A DNA stretch of 64,000 nucleotides from Myxococcales bacterium (GTDB lineage: Bacteria > Myxococcota_A > UBA9042 > JABWCM01 > BTVJ01): contig BTVJ01000006.1 in NCBI GenBank assembly GCA_045863395.1, positions 32,001 through 96,000 of the forward strand, in the 5' to 3' direction. This document shows, piece after piece, positions 11,166-19,506 of this stretch. Position 1 is the first letter of the stretch. Each line of letters begins with the position of its first letter. A model generated the notes under the pieces. That model searched no databases, was not told the origin of the DNA, and saw only the letters and a list, made by a program, of their open reading frames with translations. A program made the translations under genes and the position numbers.

Positions 11166-11740
11166 GGCGCAGACGTGCTCGCGAGGGTCTTGAGGCCCGG
11201 CTTGATCAGGAGCTCGTCGACGAGCACCAGGGCGCGGCGGGCTCCGTTGGCCATGGACTTCGACGAGATGGTCGCCCCCGTCACCGCGACGATGTCCGCC
11301 CCGTGCCGCACGGGGTCGGAGGCCTTCCGGCCCACGAACTGGCGCCGGAAGCGCCCCTCGCGCACCTCGTCGCCGTGGGACTCGCGGTAGACCATGATCT
11401 CCAGGCGCTTCATGGCGCCGTCGGTCCCGATGAGGACCCCGAAGGTAATGGGCTCGTGCTGCCCGAGCTCGTTGTCGATGATCGCGAAGCCGTCGACCGT
11501 GGTGCCCGTCATACCGTAGTAGACCGTCACCTCGGCGGGCGGGCGCTTGCCGAGGCGGTTCTCTACCGCCGCTCGCTGCGTCGCGTCGAGCGCGAGCTTC
11601 TTGAAGGTCACGCGCTGGGACGTCGAGAAGAAGTCCTTGAGCAGGGACGCCCGGTCCCAGTAGACGGCCTGCGCGGTGGCATCACTGCTCCAGGCTCCCA
11701 GCAAGAGGACCGCCATCGTCGTCGTCAGGATCTTGATCAT
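11162..11740 (-). CDS. Exported FMN-binding domain protein (flavinylation motif)
   Basis: Signal peptide; G.HEPITF, EIMVYRESHGDEV, FRRQFVG, DIVAVTGATISS ([S/T]GA[S/T] motif). Confidence 0.85.
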   Translation of the reverse strand: MIKILTTTMAVLLLGAWSSDATAQAVYWDRASLLKDFFSTSQRVTFKKLALDATQRAAVENRLGKRPPAEVTVYYGMTGTTVDGFAIIDNELGQHEPITFGVLIGTDGAMKRLEIMVYRESHGDEVREGRFRRQFVGRKASDPVRHGADIVAVTGATISSKSMANGARRALVLVDELLIKPGLKTLASTSAP

Positions 11741-11759
11741 CGCTCTGATTCCGTTGCTA

Positions 11760-11776
11760 TTGAAAATCAATTTCAA
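11760..11776. promoter_or_regulatory. Fur-box-like palindrome 1
   Basis: TTGAAAATCAATTTCAA, 20 nt upstream of the FMN-binding gene start. Confidence 0.8.
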
Positions 11777-11788
11777 CAAGTCGTGCGG

Positions 11789-11817
11789 ATGATAACGAGC
11801 CTCGCCGCGTCACGCAA
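11789..11817 (-). promoter_or_regulatory. Sigma70-like promoter just upstream of Fur box 1
   Basis: Minus strand TTGCGT, 17-nt spacer, TATCAT. Confidence 0.6.
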
Positions 11818-11897
11818 GCACTTTTTCTGGAGCTTCGTATCCAATTTCAGTCGTCCGTTTCTATTGGCCTTTCACGGACCATGGCGCGCTCACCCCG

Positions 11898-12452
11898 TCA
11901 GGGGAGCGTCGACAGCGCCGAGTCCGCGGCGGCGTCCATGTAGGCCCGGTAGTCCATGTCTGCGCGGTAGGTGCGCACCGTCACCGCCTTCGGGCCGTTC
12001 TCGCCTGACCACAGGACGGCGCCGTCGCGCCCCACGAGGCGCAGCGCCAGGTCGACGACCACGCGGCTCTGCGTGCGCATGTGGCCCGCGTCGAAGGCGC
12101 GGAGCTCCGACAGCAGCACGGCGTCCACCCCGAGCCGCTCGGCGAGCACGCCAGGGGCAGGGCGCGGTCCCTCCCTGTCGATGGTCATGAGCGCGTGGCG
12201 CATGACCTCGGGGGCCATCACCGGGTAGCCCTCCGTCGCTACGCCGGACAGCAGCGCGTCGTGGAGTGCGTCCCGCGGCCCGCCGCTGCCGAGGATCACA
12301 CGCAGCGTGCTCGTCTCAGGCGCCCGCGCCACGACACCCGGCGCCACCTCCACGGGTAGCACCGCCACGTACAGCGGGCCCGCGCCGGAAGGTGAAGGCA
12401 GTGGCGCCGTGCTCGCGCACCCGACCAGCAGCACCGCGAGGAGCCACCGCAT
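11898..12452 (-). CDS. Lipoprotein (GNA1162/LpoB-like alpha/beta fold)
   Basis: MRWLLAVLLVGC lipobox; VAVLP...LGVDAVL...LRLVG.DGAVLWSG; TGATG overlap with the porin gene. Confidence 0.65.
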   Translation of the reverse strand: MRWLLAVLLVGCASTAPLPSPSGAGPLYVAVLPVEVAPGVVARAPETSTLRVILGSGGPRDALHDALLSGVATEGYPVMAPEVMRHALMTIDREGPRPAPGVLAERLGVDAVLLSELRAFDAGHMRTQSRVVVDLALRLVGRDGAVLWSGENGPKAVTVRTYRADMDYRAYMDAAADSALSTLP

Positions 12453-13738
12453 CAGAAGAGCCACGCCATGGACGCCACGAACTTGGGCTCCGGGTCCCAG
12501 TTGCCGCTGAACAGGTTGCGCGACACGCCCCCTGCGCCGTTGGTGACGAGCTGGACCTCGGTCTTGATGACGTAGGCCTCGATGGGACGGAAGTTCAACC
12601 CGAAGGTCAGCTTCTGCACGTCGTTCTCGTCGACGCGGTCCAGATCCGTGTCCGTGTCCTCGTAGCGGATGACGCCCGTCATGGTGGCGTCCGCCATGTC
12701 CGGCGGGAACAGGTCGAACAGCCCGGGGATGGGGAAGTGCATGTTGGCCTGCACGTAGAAGCCCTGCATGGCCCGGGGGACCGCCTCGCGGGTATTGGTG
12801 GGGCTGCCCGGCGAGAACCCCTCGACGAAGCCCTCGTCGATGAACGCCCGCACGTACTCGCCCAGGAACTCGAACCAGCCGAACTGCAAGGTGATGTCCG
12901 CCCCGACCATGTTCACCCGGTTGTCGGCGTCGTCGTACACGCCCGTGTACCCGCTCACGCCGACGTCGATGCCGAGCATGGGGCTGAGCCCGATGCGACC
13001 GACCACCGCCTTGTCGTCGTTGTTGTCCTCCAGCTTGGAGCCCACCGCGCCCTTCATGCCGTGCTTCCGGTCGATCTTCGCGTCCAGGCCGTTTATCACG
13101 TAGACCTCGTAGTCGAGGAAGACGTCCGCGCCGAGGTCGATGTCGCCGAGCAGGCCGAAGCCAGCCTCGAACCACGTCGTCGGCGTGATGGTCGTCAGGG
13201 GCTTGGGGCGCTCCGTCAGGTCGCGGGTCGGAGCGTCGTGCCGGATGTTGAAGGCCCCGAAGGGCACGAGGATGATCCCCCCGCGCAGGATCATCCAGTC
13301 GTCGATCTTGAAGTCGACGACGCTGAACTCCAACAGCACCTCACCCGCCCCCTGCACGCCGTCCTTCTTGAGGGGCGAGCCCGCGAACTCGAACTCGATC
13401 TCCGTGGACGTGGAGATGCGCTCCGAGAGCTGGCTGTAGACGAACAGCACGTAGCGGTGGGCGACGAACTCGGAGTCCTGCCCCGCCGCGTTGTGGTACT
13501 CGATCTCGCCGTAGCCGCCGATGACGGTGCGGTCCACGATGCGGCCGACCCGCGTCGTCAGGTCGTCCCCTATCCGGGCGTGCTCGGGTGAGGGGACGTC
13601 ACCCTCCGGCGTGGTGGTGTCCACCGTGTCAGAGCCGTCCAGCTCCAGGACCGGCCCCTCGTCAGCCTCCTCGCTGCGCACCGCGGTCGGCAGGGTCAGG
13701 CCCAGGGCCACCAGCCCCGCTGCAATCATGATCCGCAT
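12452..13738 (-). CDS. Outer-membrane porin (OprO/P-like)
   Basis: Signal peptide, IGGYGE, HRYVLF, EIEFE, GIILVPFG, PTTWFEAG, INGLD, C-terminal AWLF. Confidence 0.78.
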   Translation of the reverse strand: MRIMIAAGLVALGLTLPTAVRSEEADEGPVLELDGSDTVDTTTPEGDVPSPEHARIGDDLTTRVGRIVDRTVIGGYGEIEYHNAAGQDSEFVAHRYVLFVYSQLSERISTSTEIEFEFAGSPLKKDGVQGAGEVLLEFSVVDFKIDDWMILRGGIILVPFGAFNIRHDAPTRDLTERPKPLTTITPTTWFEAGFGLLGDIDLGADVFLDYEVYVINGLDAKIDRKHGMKGAVGSKLEDNNDDKAVVGRIGLSPMLGIDVGVSGYTGVYDDADNRVNMVGADITLQFGWFEFLGEYVRAFIDEGFVEGFSPGSPTNTREAVPRAMQGFYVQANMHFPIPGLFDLFPPDMADATMTGVIRYEDTDTDLDRVDENDVQKLTFGLNFRPIEAYVIKTEVQLVTNGAGGVSRNLFSGNWDPEPKFVASMAWLF

Positions 13739-13766
13739 CGTCGCTCCTCGTGGGCTTCTGTTAGGG

Positions 13767-14897
13767 CTACTGGGTGCAGAGGGCAGGCACGTCGAGGCCG
13801 AAGACCGTCTTGACGGCGCCGATCATGAAGGCCGTGTCGACGGTCTCGGGGTCGTCCTTGGCCACCTCGGCGGCCATCTTGGCGGCCAGGGCTGCGTCCA
13901 CCGATGCGATGTACGGCTCGAGGATGTGGAAGAACATGCGCCCCTCGATGACCTTGATGAAGGGCTTGTCCCCTGCATCGATGCCGATGTACTCGCGGGC
14001 AAAGGAGATGGCGAAGACCTCGAGGAGCATGCGGTCGATCTCGTCGATGGTCTCCTGCAGATCCGCCGGGATGGTGTCCAGGGCGTCGGCGTCCCCCGAC
14101 TTGCCGGCGGCCTTCAGCGCCGCGTCGAGCTGGTCGCGTCCTTGGATGAGCGCCGCGTGCAGGTCGCGGGCGTAGGTCGTCCCGCAGTTGGTGTCGCGGG
14201 TCGCCGCGGTCTTGCCGATGCCGGATGCCTTGGCCGGGTCGCCACCGAAGTCGAGGCCGGAGTACCCGAAGCCCTCGTCCCACTTGGCCCGCGCCCCCTG
14301 GACCAGCTCGTGATGGACCGACTGGTAGAAGAAGTGCTGGAGGCCCTTGTCCAGCACCTGGGAGTGCCAGCCGAGCCCGTTCAGGTCATCTCTGCCCGTG
14401 GTGTCGGGGACGGCGCTCCCCGCGGCGATGGCGTCGCAGATGCGTCCATGGATCTGCTTGCCCACCTCGGCGCCCAGGTTGAAGGCGTGGTCGTCCTTGC
14501 GGCCCGCCACCTTGGCGGCGAGCTCGGCCGTCTCCACGTAGAGGCTGGCGAGCTTCGTGGGGTCCGACGGCGTGGTGACGTCTCCGCTCCACTGGTCGCA
14601 CGCCCCCCCGAAGTCCGCCGCCTTGAACGACTCCCCTTTGCGGATGGTCTGGATCTGCTCGTAGGCGCCCACCCGCAGGAGCTGGTTCTGGAGGTTGGCC
14701 TGCGAGAACGGAGCGTACGTGGTCGACGGGCCGCCCGTCGCGTCGCCGCCTCCCTTGCCGCCGTTGCCGCCGCCACCGGTGTTCGTTGCGGAGTCGTCCG
14801 ACGAGTCGCAGGCTCCGAGCCCGACCGCCAGGCAGATCCCGATGATGCCGCCGATGGTGCCGATGCTGCCGATTCTGCCAAAGGATCTCAGGGTCAT
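13767..14897 (-). CDS. Helical lipoprotein, DUF4856-like (putative iron-binding)
   Basis: Lipobox LGAC; QVLDKGL and HHE...WDEGFGY motifs recalled from the DUF4856 family. Confidence 0.6.
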   Translation of the reverse strand: MTLRSFGRIGSIGTIGGIIGICLAVGLGACDSSDDSATNTGGGGNGGKGGGDATGGPSTTYAPFSQANLQNQLLRVGAYEQIQTIRKGESFKAADFGGACDQWSGDVTTPSDPTKLASLYVETAELAAKVAGRKDDHAFNLGAEVGKQIHGRICDAIAAGSAVPDTTGRDDLNGLGWHSQVLDKGLQHFFYQSVHHELVQGARAKWDEGFGYSGLDFGGDPAKASGIGKTAATRDTNCGTTYARDLHAALIQGRDQLDAALKAAGKSGDADALDTIPADLQETIDEIDRMLLEVFAISFAREYIGIDAGDKPFIKVIEGRMFFHILEPYIASVDAALAAKMAAEVAKDDPETVDTAFMIGAVKTVFGLDVPALCTQ

Positions 14898-14910
14898 GGC
14901 GACGCTCCTG

Positions 14911-15579
14911 TCACTTGCACACGTGGGCCGGGGTGGTGCACTGCGCGCCTCCCTGGCAGTCCTTGTCGTCGAAGCACGCGAACTCGCGGTGGGCTGGCTT
15001 CCCCTCGCACTTGGGCGCCGCCGGTGAGCCGGCGAGGCACCGCTTGATGGAGAGGTCGCAGCAGTGGCTGGTGTGGCAGTCGGAGGCCTTGATGCAGCAG
15101 ATGCCGGCGCACGCGCCGGAGCCCGGCTCCTCCACGCAGATCACGCCCGTGCGCACGTCGTCGGAGACGCCCACGAAGGTGACCGTGCCGTAGTAGGGGT
15201 CCACGACCTTGCGGCCGGGGTCGCCCTGGTTGGTGTCGTAGTACTCGTAGATGCCCGGCGCGGTGAAGGTGTGCCGCCACCAGACGTAAGGCTTCCCGTC
15301 CGCCTCGGAGAGGTTGTAGGGCTCCACCAGGCTCGGGGAGTAGAGCTCCGGCGGCTCTCCGAGGCTGGTCACGTTGGTGGGGATGTTGGGCGCCTGGTTG
15401 CGCCACTCCACCGTCTGCCCGACCTGGATGGTCAGGCAGGGCACCCCGTGGGTTCCCTCCGACGTGATGGGGACGATGTTGCCGCCCGGGTCCGCCATGC
15501 TCGAGTGCTGCACGTAGGGCGGCGTCTGCTGGGTGCTGCACGCGGCCAGGGCCAGCAGCGTCAGGATCTGAGGCTTCAC
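14911..15579 (-). CDS. Cupredoxin-fold lipoprotein with Cys-rich tail
   Basis: LAAC lipobox; LTIQVGQTVEWRN...HTFTAPGIYEYY plastocyanin-like pattern; C-terminal Cys cluster. Confidence 0.7.
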   Translation of the reverse strand: MKPQILTLLALAACSTQQTPPYVQHSSMADPGGNIVPITSEGTHGVPCLTIQVGQTVEWRNQAPNIPTNVTSLGEPPELYSPSLVEPYNLSEADGKPYVWWRHTFTAPGIYEYYDTNQGDPGRKVVDPYYGTVTFVGVSDDVRTGVICVEEPGSGACAGICCIKASDCHTSHCCDLSIKRCLAGSPAAPKCEGKPAHREFACFDDKDCQGGAQCTTPAHVCK

Positions 15580-17054
15580 TGCGAGATCTCCTTGGCGTTC
15601 GTTGCCAGGATGCCGGCGTCGGCGAGCGACGTGTTTGGACGCCACTCCCACACCACCAGGAACGGCGCGTGGGGATCGACGAGCGGGCTTCGCTCGAAGC
15701 GCGCTCGCTCGACGAGGCGCCCCGGCAGGGACGCTGCGCCTCGCACCCCCGACGTCACGAGGATGGTCCGCGGGACGTTGCCGCGGTCGGTCACGTCGCG
15801 CAGGACGTCTGCCGCGTCCCGGACCAGGACGGACCTGTGCGCGGGGGCGTTGAAGCGGAGCACGCCGGTCTCTTCACCTGCGTAGACCTGGAGCTGCTCT
15901 GGCGGGCGCGCCGCGAGCCACGCCCCGGCCTGGGCGGCGGGCGAGGGGCGCGACGCCTCCACGAGGTGCGGGAGGGTCACCGCGGCGATGGCGATGGGCG
16001 CGAGGGCCAGCGCAGGGCGGAGGCGTGACCCGACACGCGCCGTGGCCGGGGCGGCGCCGAGGACCAGCAGCGGGAGGAGCGGCAGCAGGTGGCGAGGCTT
16101 CTCCGGGTTCTGCCCGATGGCCACCCAGGCGGCGTAGGGCAGCGCCAGGGCGAGCAGCGTGAAGGTCCAGCGACGCCCTGGGCGGGAGGCGGCCAGCAAC
16201 ACACCCAGGGTCGCCGCTGCTGCAGGACCGAGCAACACGGTGAACAGGTTGTGGGCAAGCAGCGTGAGGCGCTCCGTCGCACCCGGGGCTCCGGCGGCGA
16301 GCGCCGTGCCCCCCCACGCCTCGAAGTGCCCGCGGGTGAAGCGGGCGCCAATATCGATGAGCGCAGCGGGACCGCCCGCGAGCGCGACCAGTGGCGCGAG
16401 CCACGCCGCCGCCACTGCCGCCGCCAGCCCGACCCGAACCAGGCGCTCCCGGCGGTTGGCGCCGGCGAGGGTGAGCGCCAGCCCCACCGCGGCGATGAGG
16501 ACGCTCGATGCGCGAATGCCCGGCAGGAGCGCAAAGGCGACCACCGCAAGGCGCGCCCACGGCAGGCGGCCCCAGATGGGAGCGCCGGTCGTCCCCGCGC
16601 CCGATGCGCCGGCGAAGAGGGCCGCTGCCCCCAGCGCAACGAGCTGCGCCCCGAGGCCGTCAGAGAGCGGGGTGGCGTCGGCGACGCAGAGACCCGGCAG
16701 CGTCGCGACCAGGGCGGCTCCGAGCAGCGCGGAGGCCCGACCGTAGCGCAACAGGGCGGCGCCGGTCGCGGCGACCGTCACGGCCGAGAGCGCGACTGCC
16801 GGCAGGGCGAGCGCGACGGCAGGGCTGAGCCCGATGGCTCGCAGCGGCCACGCCAGGGCGAGGAACACGGGGTAGCCCGGAAAGTGGGGGCGGTGCGCCT
16901 CCAGGTCGAAGCGATCCAGCCCCAGGGCGAAGTTCACCGCGTCGTGGTCGGGGAGCGTGGAGCCCATGGCGATGACGCGCAGGACGACGGCAGCAGCGCC
17001 CAGGGCGGCGAGCCACGCCCAAGTCCTCCAATCGTCTCGCCAGCTTCGCTCCAC
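15576..17054 (-). CDS. Polytopic membrane protein, GT-C/PMT_2-like glycosyltransferase fold
   Basis: About 10 TM segments; D.DAVNFALG..RFD...HRPHFPGYP loop after TM1; LSD; KPRHLLPL; GTGA overlap with next gene. Confidence 0.65.
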   Translation of the reverse strand: MERSWRDDWRTWAWLAALGAAAVVLRVIAMGSTLPDHDAVNFALGLDRFDLEAHRPHFPGYPVFLALAWPLRAIGLSPAVALALPAVALSAVTVAATGAALLRYGRASALLGAALVATLPGLCVADATPLSDGLGAQLVALGAAALFAGASGAGTTGAPIWGRLPWARLAVVAFALLPGIRASSVLIAAVGLALTLAGANRRERLVRVGLAAAVAAAWLAPLVALAGGPAALIDIGARFTRGHFEAWGGTALAAGAPGATERLTLLAHNLFTVLLGPAAAATLGVLLAASRPGRRWTFTLLALALPYAAWVAIGQNPEKPRHLLPLLPLLVLGAAPATARVGSRLRPALALAPIAIAAVTLPHLVEASRPSPAAQAGAWLAARPPEQLQVYAGEETGVLRFNAPAHRSVLVRDAADVLRDVTDRGNVPRTILVTSGVRGAASLPGRLVERARFERSPLVDPHAPFLVVWEWRPNTSLADAGILATNAKEISQ

Positions 17055-17073
17055 CGTCGCCTCGTTATCGAAG

Positions 17074-17090
17074 TTGAAAGTCACTTTCAA
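17074..17090. promoter_or_regulatory. Fur-box-like palindrome 2
   Basis: TTGAAAGTCACTTTCAA; differs from box 1 at 2 of 17 positions, both followed by CAA. Confidence 0.8.
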
Positions 17091-17100
17091 CAACGACGCA

Positions 17101-17130
17101 TTTATAGCGGCGCTCTCTGGCGGCTGTCAA
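17101..17130 (-). promoter_or_regulatory. Sigma70-like promoter just upstream of Fur box 2
   Basis: Minus strand TTGACA, 18-nt spacer, TATAAA. Confidence 0.65.
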
Positions 17131-17248
17131 CGAAAAAAATCGGGACAAGTCGACGTGGAGATCTTTTTTTCGCGGGGCGCTGTGAAGGGGCAGGAGCGGC
17201 CCACCGGCTTCACACCTTCTACGTGGCAGGGGCCCAGGGATCAGCCCG

Positions 17249-17704
17249 CTACGCGGCCTCTCGGCACGCGGCGCAGAGGCCGTAGAGCTCCATCTTGTGG
17301 TGGGTGAGCTGGAAGCCGTGCTCTGCCGCCATGCGGTCCTGGAGTGCCTCGATCTCGGGGTTCTCGAACTCCACGATGCGCCCGCAGCCCGTGCAGATCA
17401 GGTGGTCGTGGTGATCGTCGTGGGCGGGGTCCGAGGGCTCGAACAGCGTGGTCTTGTTGCCGAACTGGGCGGCCGCGGCGAGCCCGCACTCCTCGAGGAG
17501 CTTCAGCGTCCGGTACACGGTCGCGTAGCCGATCGACGGATTGCTGGCGCGCACCCGCTGGTACAGATCGTCGATGTTGACGTGCCGCCCGGCGCCGGTC
17601 GCGAAGAAGGCCTCCGCGATGGACATCCGCTGCGGCGTCAGGCGCAGCCCGGTGTCCTTGATGTGGCGCCGCAGGGTCTCGCGCCAGTCCTCGTGCTCGG
17701 TCAT
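17249..17704 (-). CDS. fur: Fur family transcriptional regulator
   Basis: LRLTPQR, H before helix 3, GYATVYRTLKLL, HHDHLICTGCG.IVEF, HKMELYGLCAAC. Confidence 0.93.
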   Translation of the reverse strand: MTEHEDWRETLRRHIKDTGLRLTPQRMSIAEAFFATGAGRHVNIDDLYQRVRASNPSIGYATVYRTLKLLEECGLAAAAQFGNKTTLFEPSDPAHDDHHDHLICTGCGRIVEFENPEIEALQDRMAAEHGFQLTHHKMELYGLCAACREAA

Positions 17705-18624
17705 GGTTCTCCTTCTGGAGGCGAGAGCACGACGACCCCCTCCCACGCCTGGCGGATGACCGTGTCCTCGGCCCCTGTGGTCGCACGCTCGACGCGGGTG
17801 TCCATGGAGTAGCGCAGCTCGGCGCCATCTGGCAACCCCTTGGCCACCGAGAGCCACAGGAGCAGGCGCCCGTGGCCCTCACCCGAGACGCGGACCACCG
17901 TGTCGCTGTCCTCCCCGATGTGCGCGGACTGCGCCAGGCGTACTTCTCCCACGACCACCGCGCAGTCCCCGGAGAGGACGCGGCAGGGCACCGTGCCCCG
18001 CAGGGTCATGGCGCGCTCGACGGTGAGGGGCGCCGCACCTCCCAGGGCCCCCACCTCCACCCGGTCGCCCCAGGTGTCGCCAGTGGACACGGGCTCGGCG
18101 GGCAGCTTGGGGAGGGCGAGGCTCAGGGACGCGGCCCAGGTGGCGGCGATGGGGGCGACGGCGTCGGCCACGGCCAGCACGTCTGCGATGATGGCGCCGT
18201 CCCGCGTCCTGGTCAGGCGAAAGGAGGCCTTGGAGGCGAGGCCCACGAGGCGAGAGGCCGACGTGCCCAGGGGCGGCGTGAGGGTCATCACCGGGTGCGT
18301 CAAGCGGAGCAGCAGGGCGCCGTCCTGCGCGCCGTCCGGCTCCAGGATCACCGCGGTGTCCGACCGGGTCACGAACTCGGCCGAGGGCCCAGAGTCACCT
18401 ACCAAGGACTGACGGAGCGCGCGCCGGGAGGCCATGCCCAGGGTCGTGAGGTCGGCGTGGCGGAGCTGGAGCCGCAGGTCCTTCGCCGGCGTGCCCTCCA
18501 CGTCCAGCTCGAGGCCCTTGTCCAGGGAGGCGAGCAGGCGCCTCTCCACCTCGGGCTCGGGCTCCGCCCGGCGGCAGCTCCAGGTCGCGACGAGGGCGAC
18601 CAACAAGACCAGGCGGATCATCAT
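17701..18624 (-). CDS. Lipoprotein of unknown function (beta-rich)
   Basis: MMIRLVLLVALVATWSC lipobox; LP.EPVSTGDTW motif; ATGA overlap with fur. Confidence 0.65.
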   Translation of the reverse strand: MMIRLVLLVALVATWSCRRAEPEPEVERRLLASLDKGLELDVEGTPAKDLRLQLRHADLTTLGMASRRALRQSLVGDSGPSAEFVTRSDTAVILEPDGAQDGALLLRLTHPVMTLTPPLGTSASRLVGLASKASFRLTRTRDGAIIADVLAVADAVAPIAATWAASLSLALPKLPAEPVSTGDTWGDRVEVGALGGAAPLTVERAMTLRGTVPCRVLSGDCAVVVGEVRLAQSAHIGEDSDTVVRVSGEGHGRLLLWLSVAKGLPDGAELRYSMDTRVERATTGAEDTVIRQAWEGVVVLSPPEGEP

Positions 18625-19406
18625 GGGACCTCCGCCACGAAGCGCGCGGTCGTCGTCTGGAGCTGCTGCACCGTCACGCCCTCCGCGGCCTGGCGAGCCT
18701 CGAAGAGCGCCGACACCGTCGCGTCTGCCGTCTGCACGACCCCCTCTCCGTCGGTCACCACCTGCGCCGAGCCGAGGGTGCGACCGGTCACGTCCGCCGA
18801 TCGACCCCCACCCGTCGCCCCCTCGAACCGCAGGCGTGTCGCCAGCCGTGGCCCCTCGGAGCGGCGCTCGGTCGCGACGCTCACCCCCAGCTCCACCCGG
18901 CCTGCCAGCGCCGGCACCTGGAGGCGCTCGCCACAGAGGGCGCCGGCGAAGAGCCACGGCACGGCCGCAAGCAGGTCCCCTGCCGGCGCCGGCGGCTGCG
19001 GCTCGAACCGCAGGGCGCCCTCGACCATCGTGACCGCCCCGGAGGTGCCCGCCAGCGCGCGCTCGATCTCACGGGCCCGCCCAGGCACGTCCGGCGACAG
19101 GCGCACCCGCGCGGACGCCACGCGGACACCGACGCCGCAGGGGCGGTCCTCCAGGGTGACGGTCGCCTCCATATCCACCCGTGCGTGGAGCTCGATGCCT
19201 CCGGTCGCGAGCTGCTCCACATCCGTCGACACGGTCAGGGTCCCCTTCACGCCGAGGCGGAGCGGGACCTCGCGCTCGTGTGGCGCCCAGGCAGACGTGT
19301 CGGCGGCGTCGAGGGAGGGGGCCCGCAGCGTGAGCGTGGCGGTGCGCTCCTGGCGGCAGCCGGCGGCCAGGGACGCAAGCAGCAGGGCGGTGACGAACGA
19401 GCGCAT
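18621..19406 (-). CDS. Lipoprotein of unknown function
   Basis: MRSFVTALLLASLAAGC lipobox; ATGA overlap with next gene. Confidence 0.62.
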   Translation of the reverse strand: MRSFVTALLLASLAAGCRQERTATLTLRAPSLDAADTSAWAPHEREVPLRLGVKGTLTVSTDVEQLATGGIELHARVDMEATVTLEDRPCGVGVRVASARVRLSPDVPGRAREIERALAGTSGAVTMVEGALRFEPQPPAPAGDLLAAVPWLFAGALCGERLQVPALAGRVELGVSVATERRSEGPRLATRLRFEGATGGGRSADVTGRTLGSAQVVTDGEGVVQTADATVSALFEARQAAEGVTVQQLQTTTARFVAEVP

Positions 19407-19506
19407 CGGGACCCTTTGCAGAGGAAGCAGCGCCCACGCTCGTATCATCGGCCCCGCCGGCATGTCAAACCTCGGGGGCACGCCTCGATCATCGGACACC
19501 CCCCCG

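Noticed and set aside
14836..14880. 9-bp GCCGAT-containing repeats as a phase-variation tract
   Set aside because: Imperfect in-frame G-x-I codon repeats in a signal peptide; unit length is a multiple of 3, so slippage would not switch expression.
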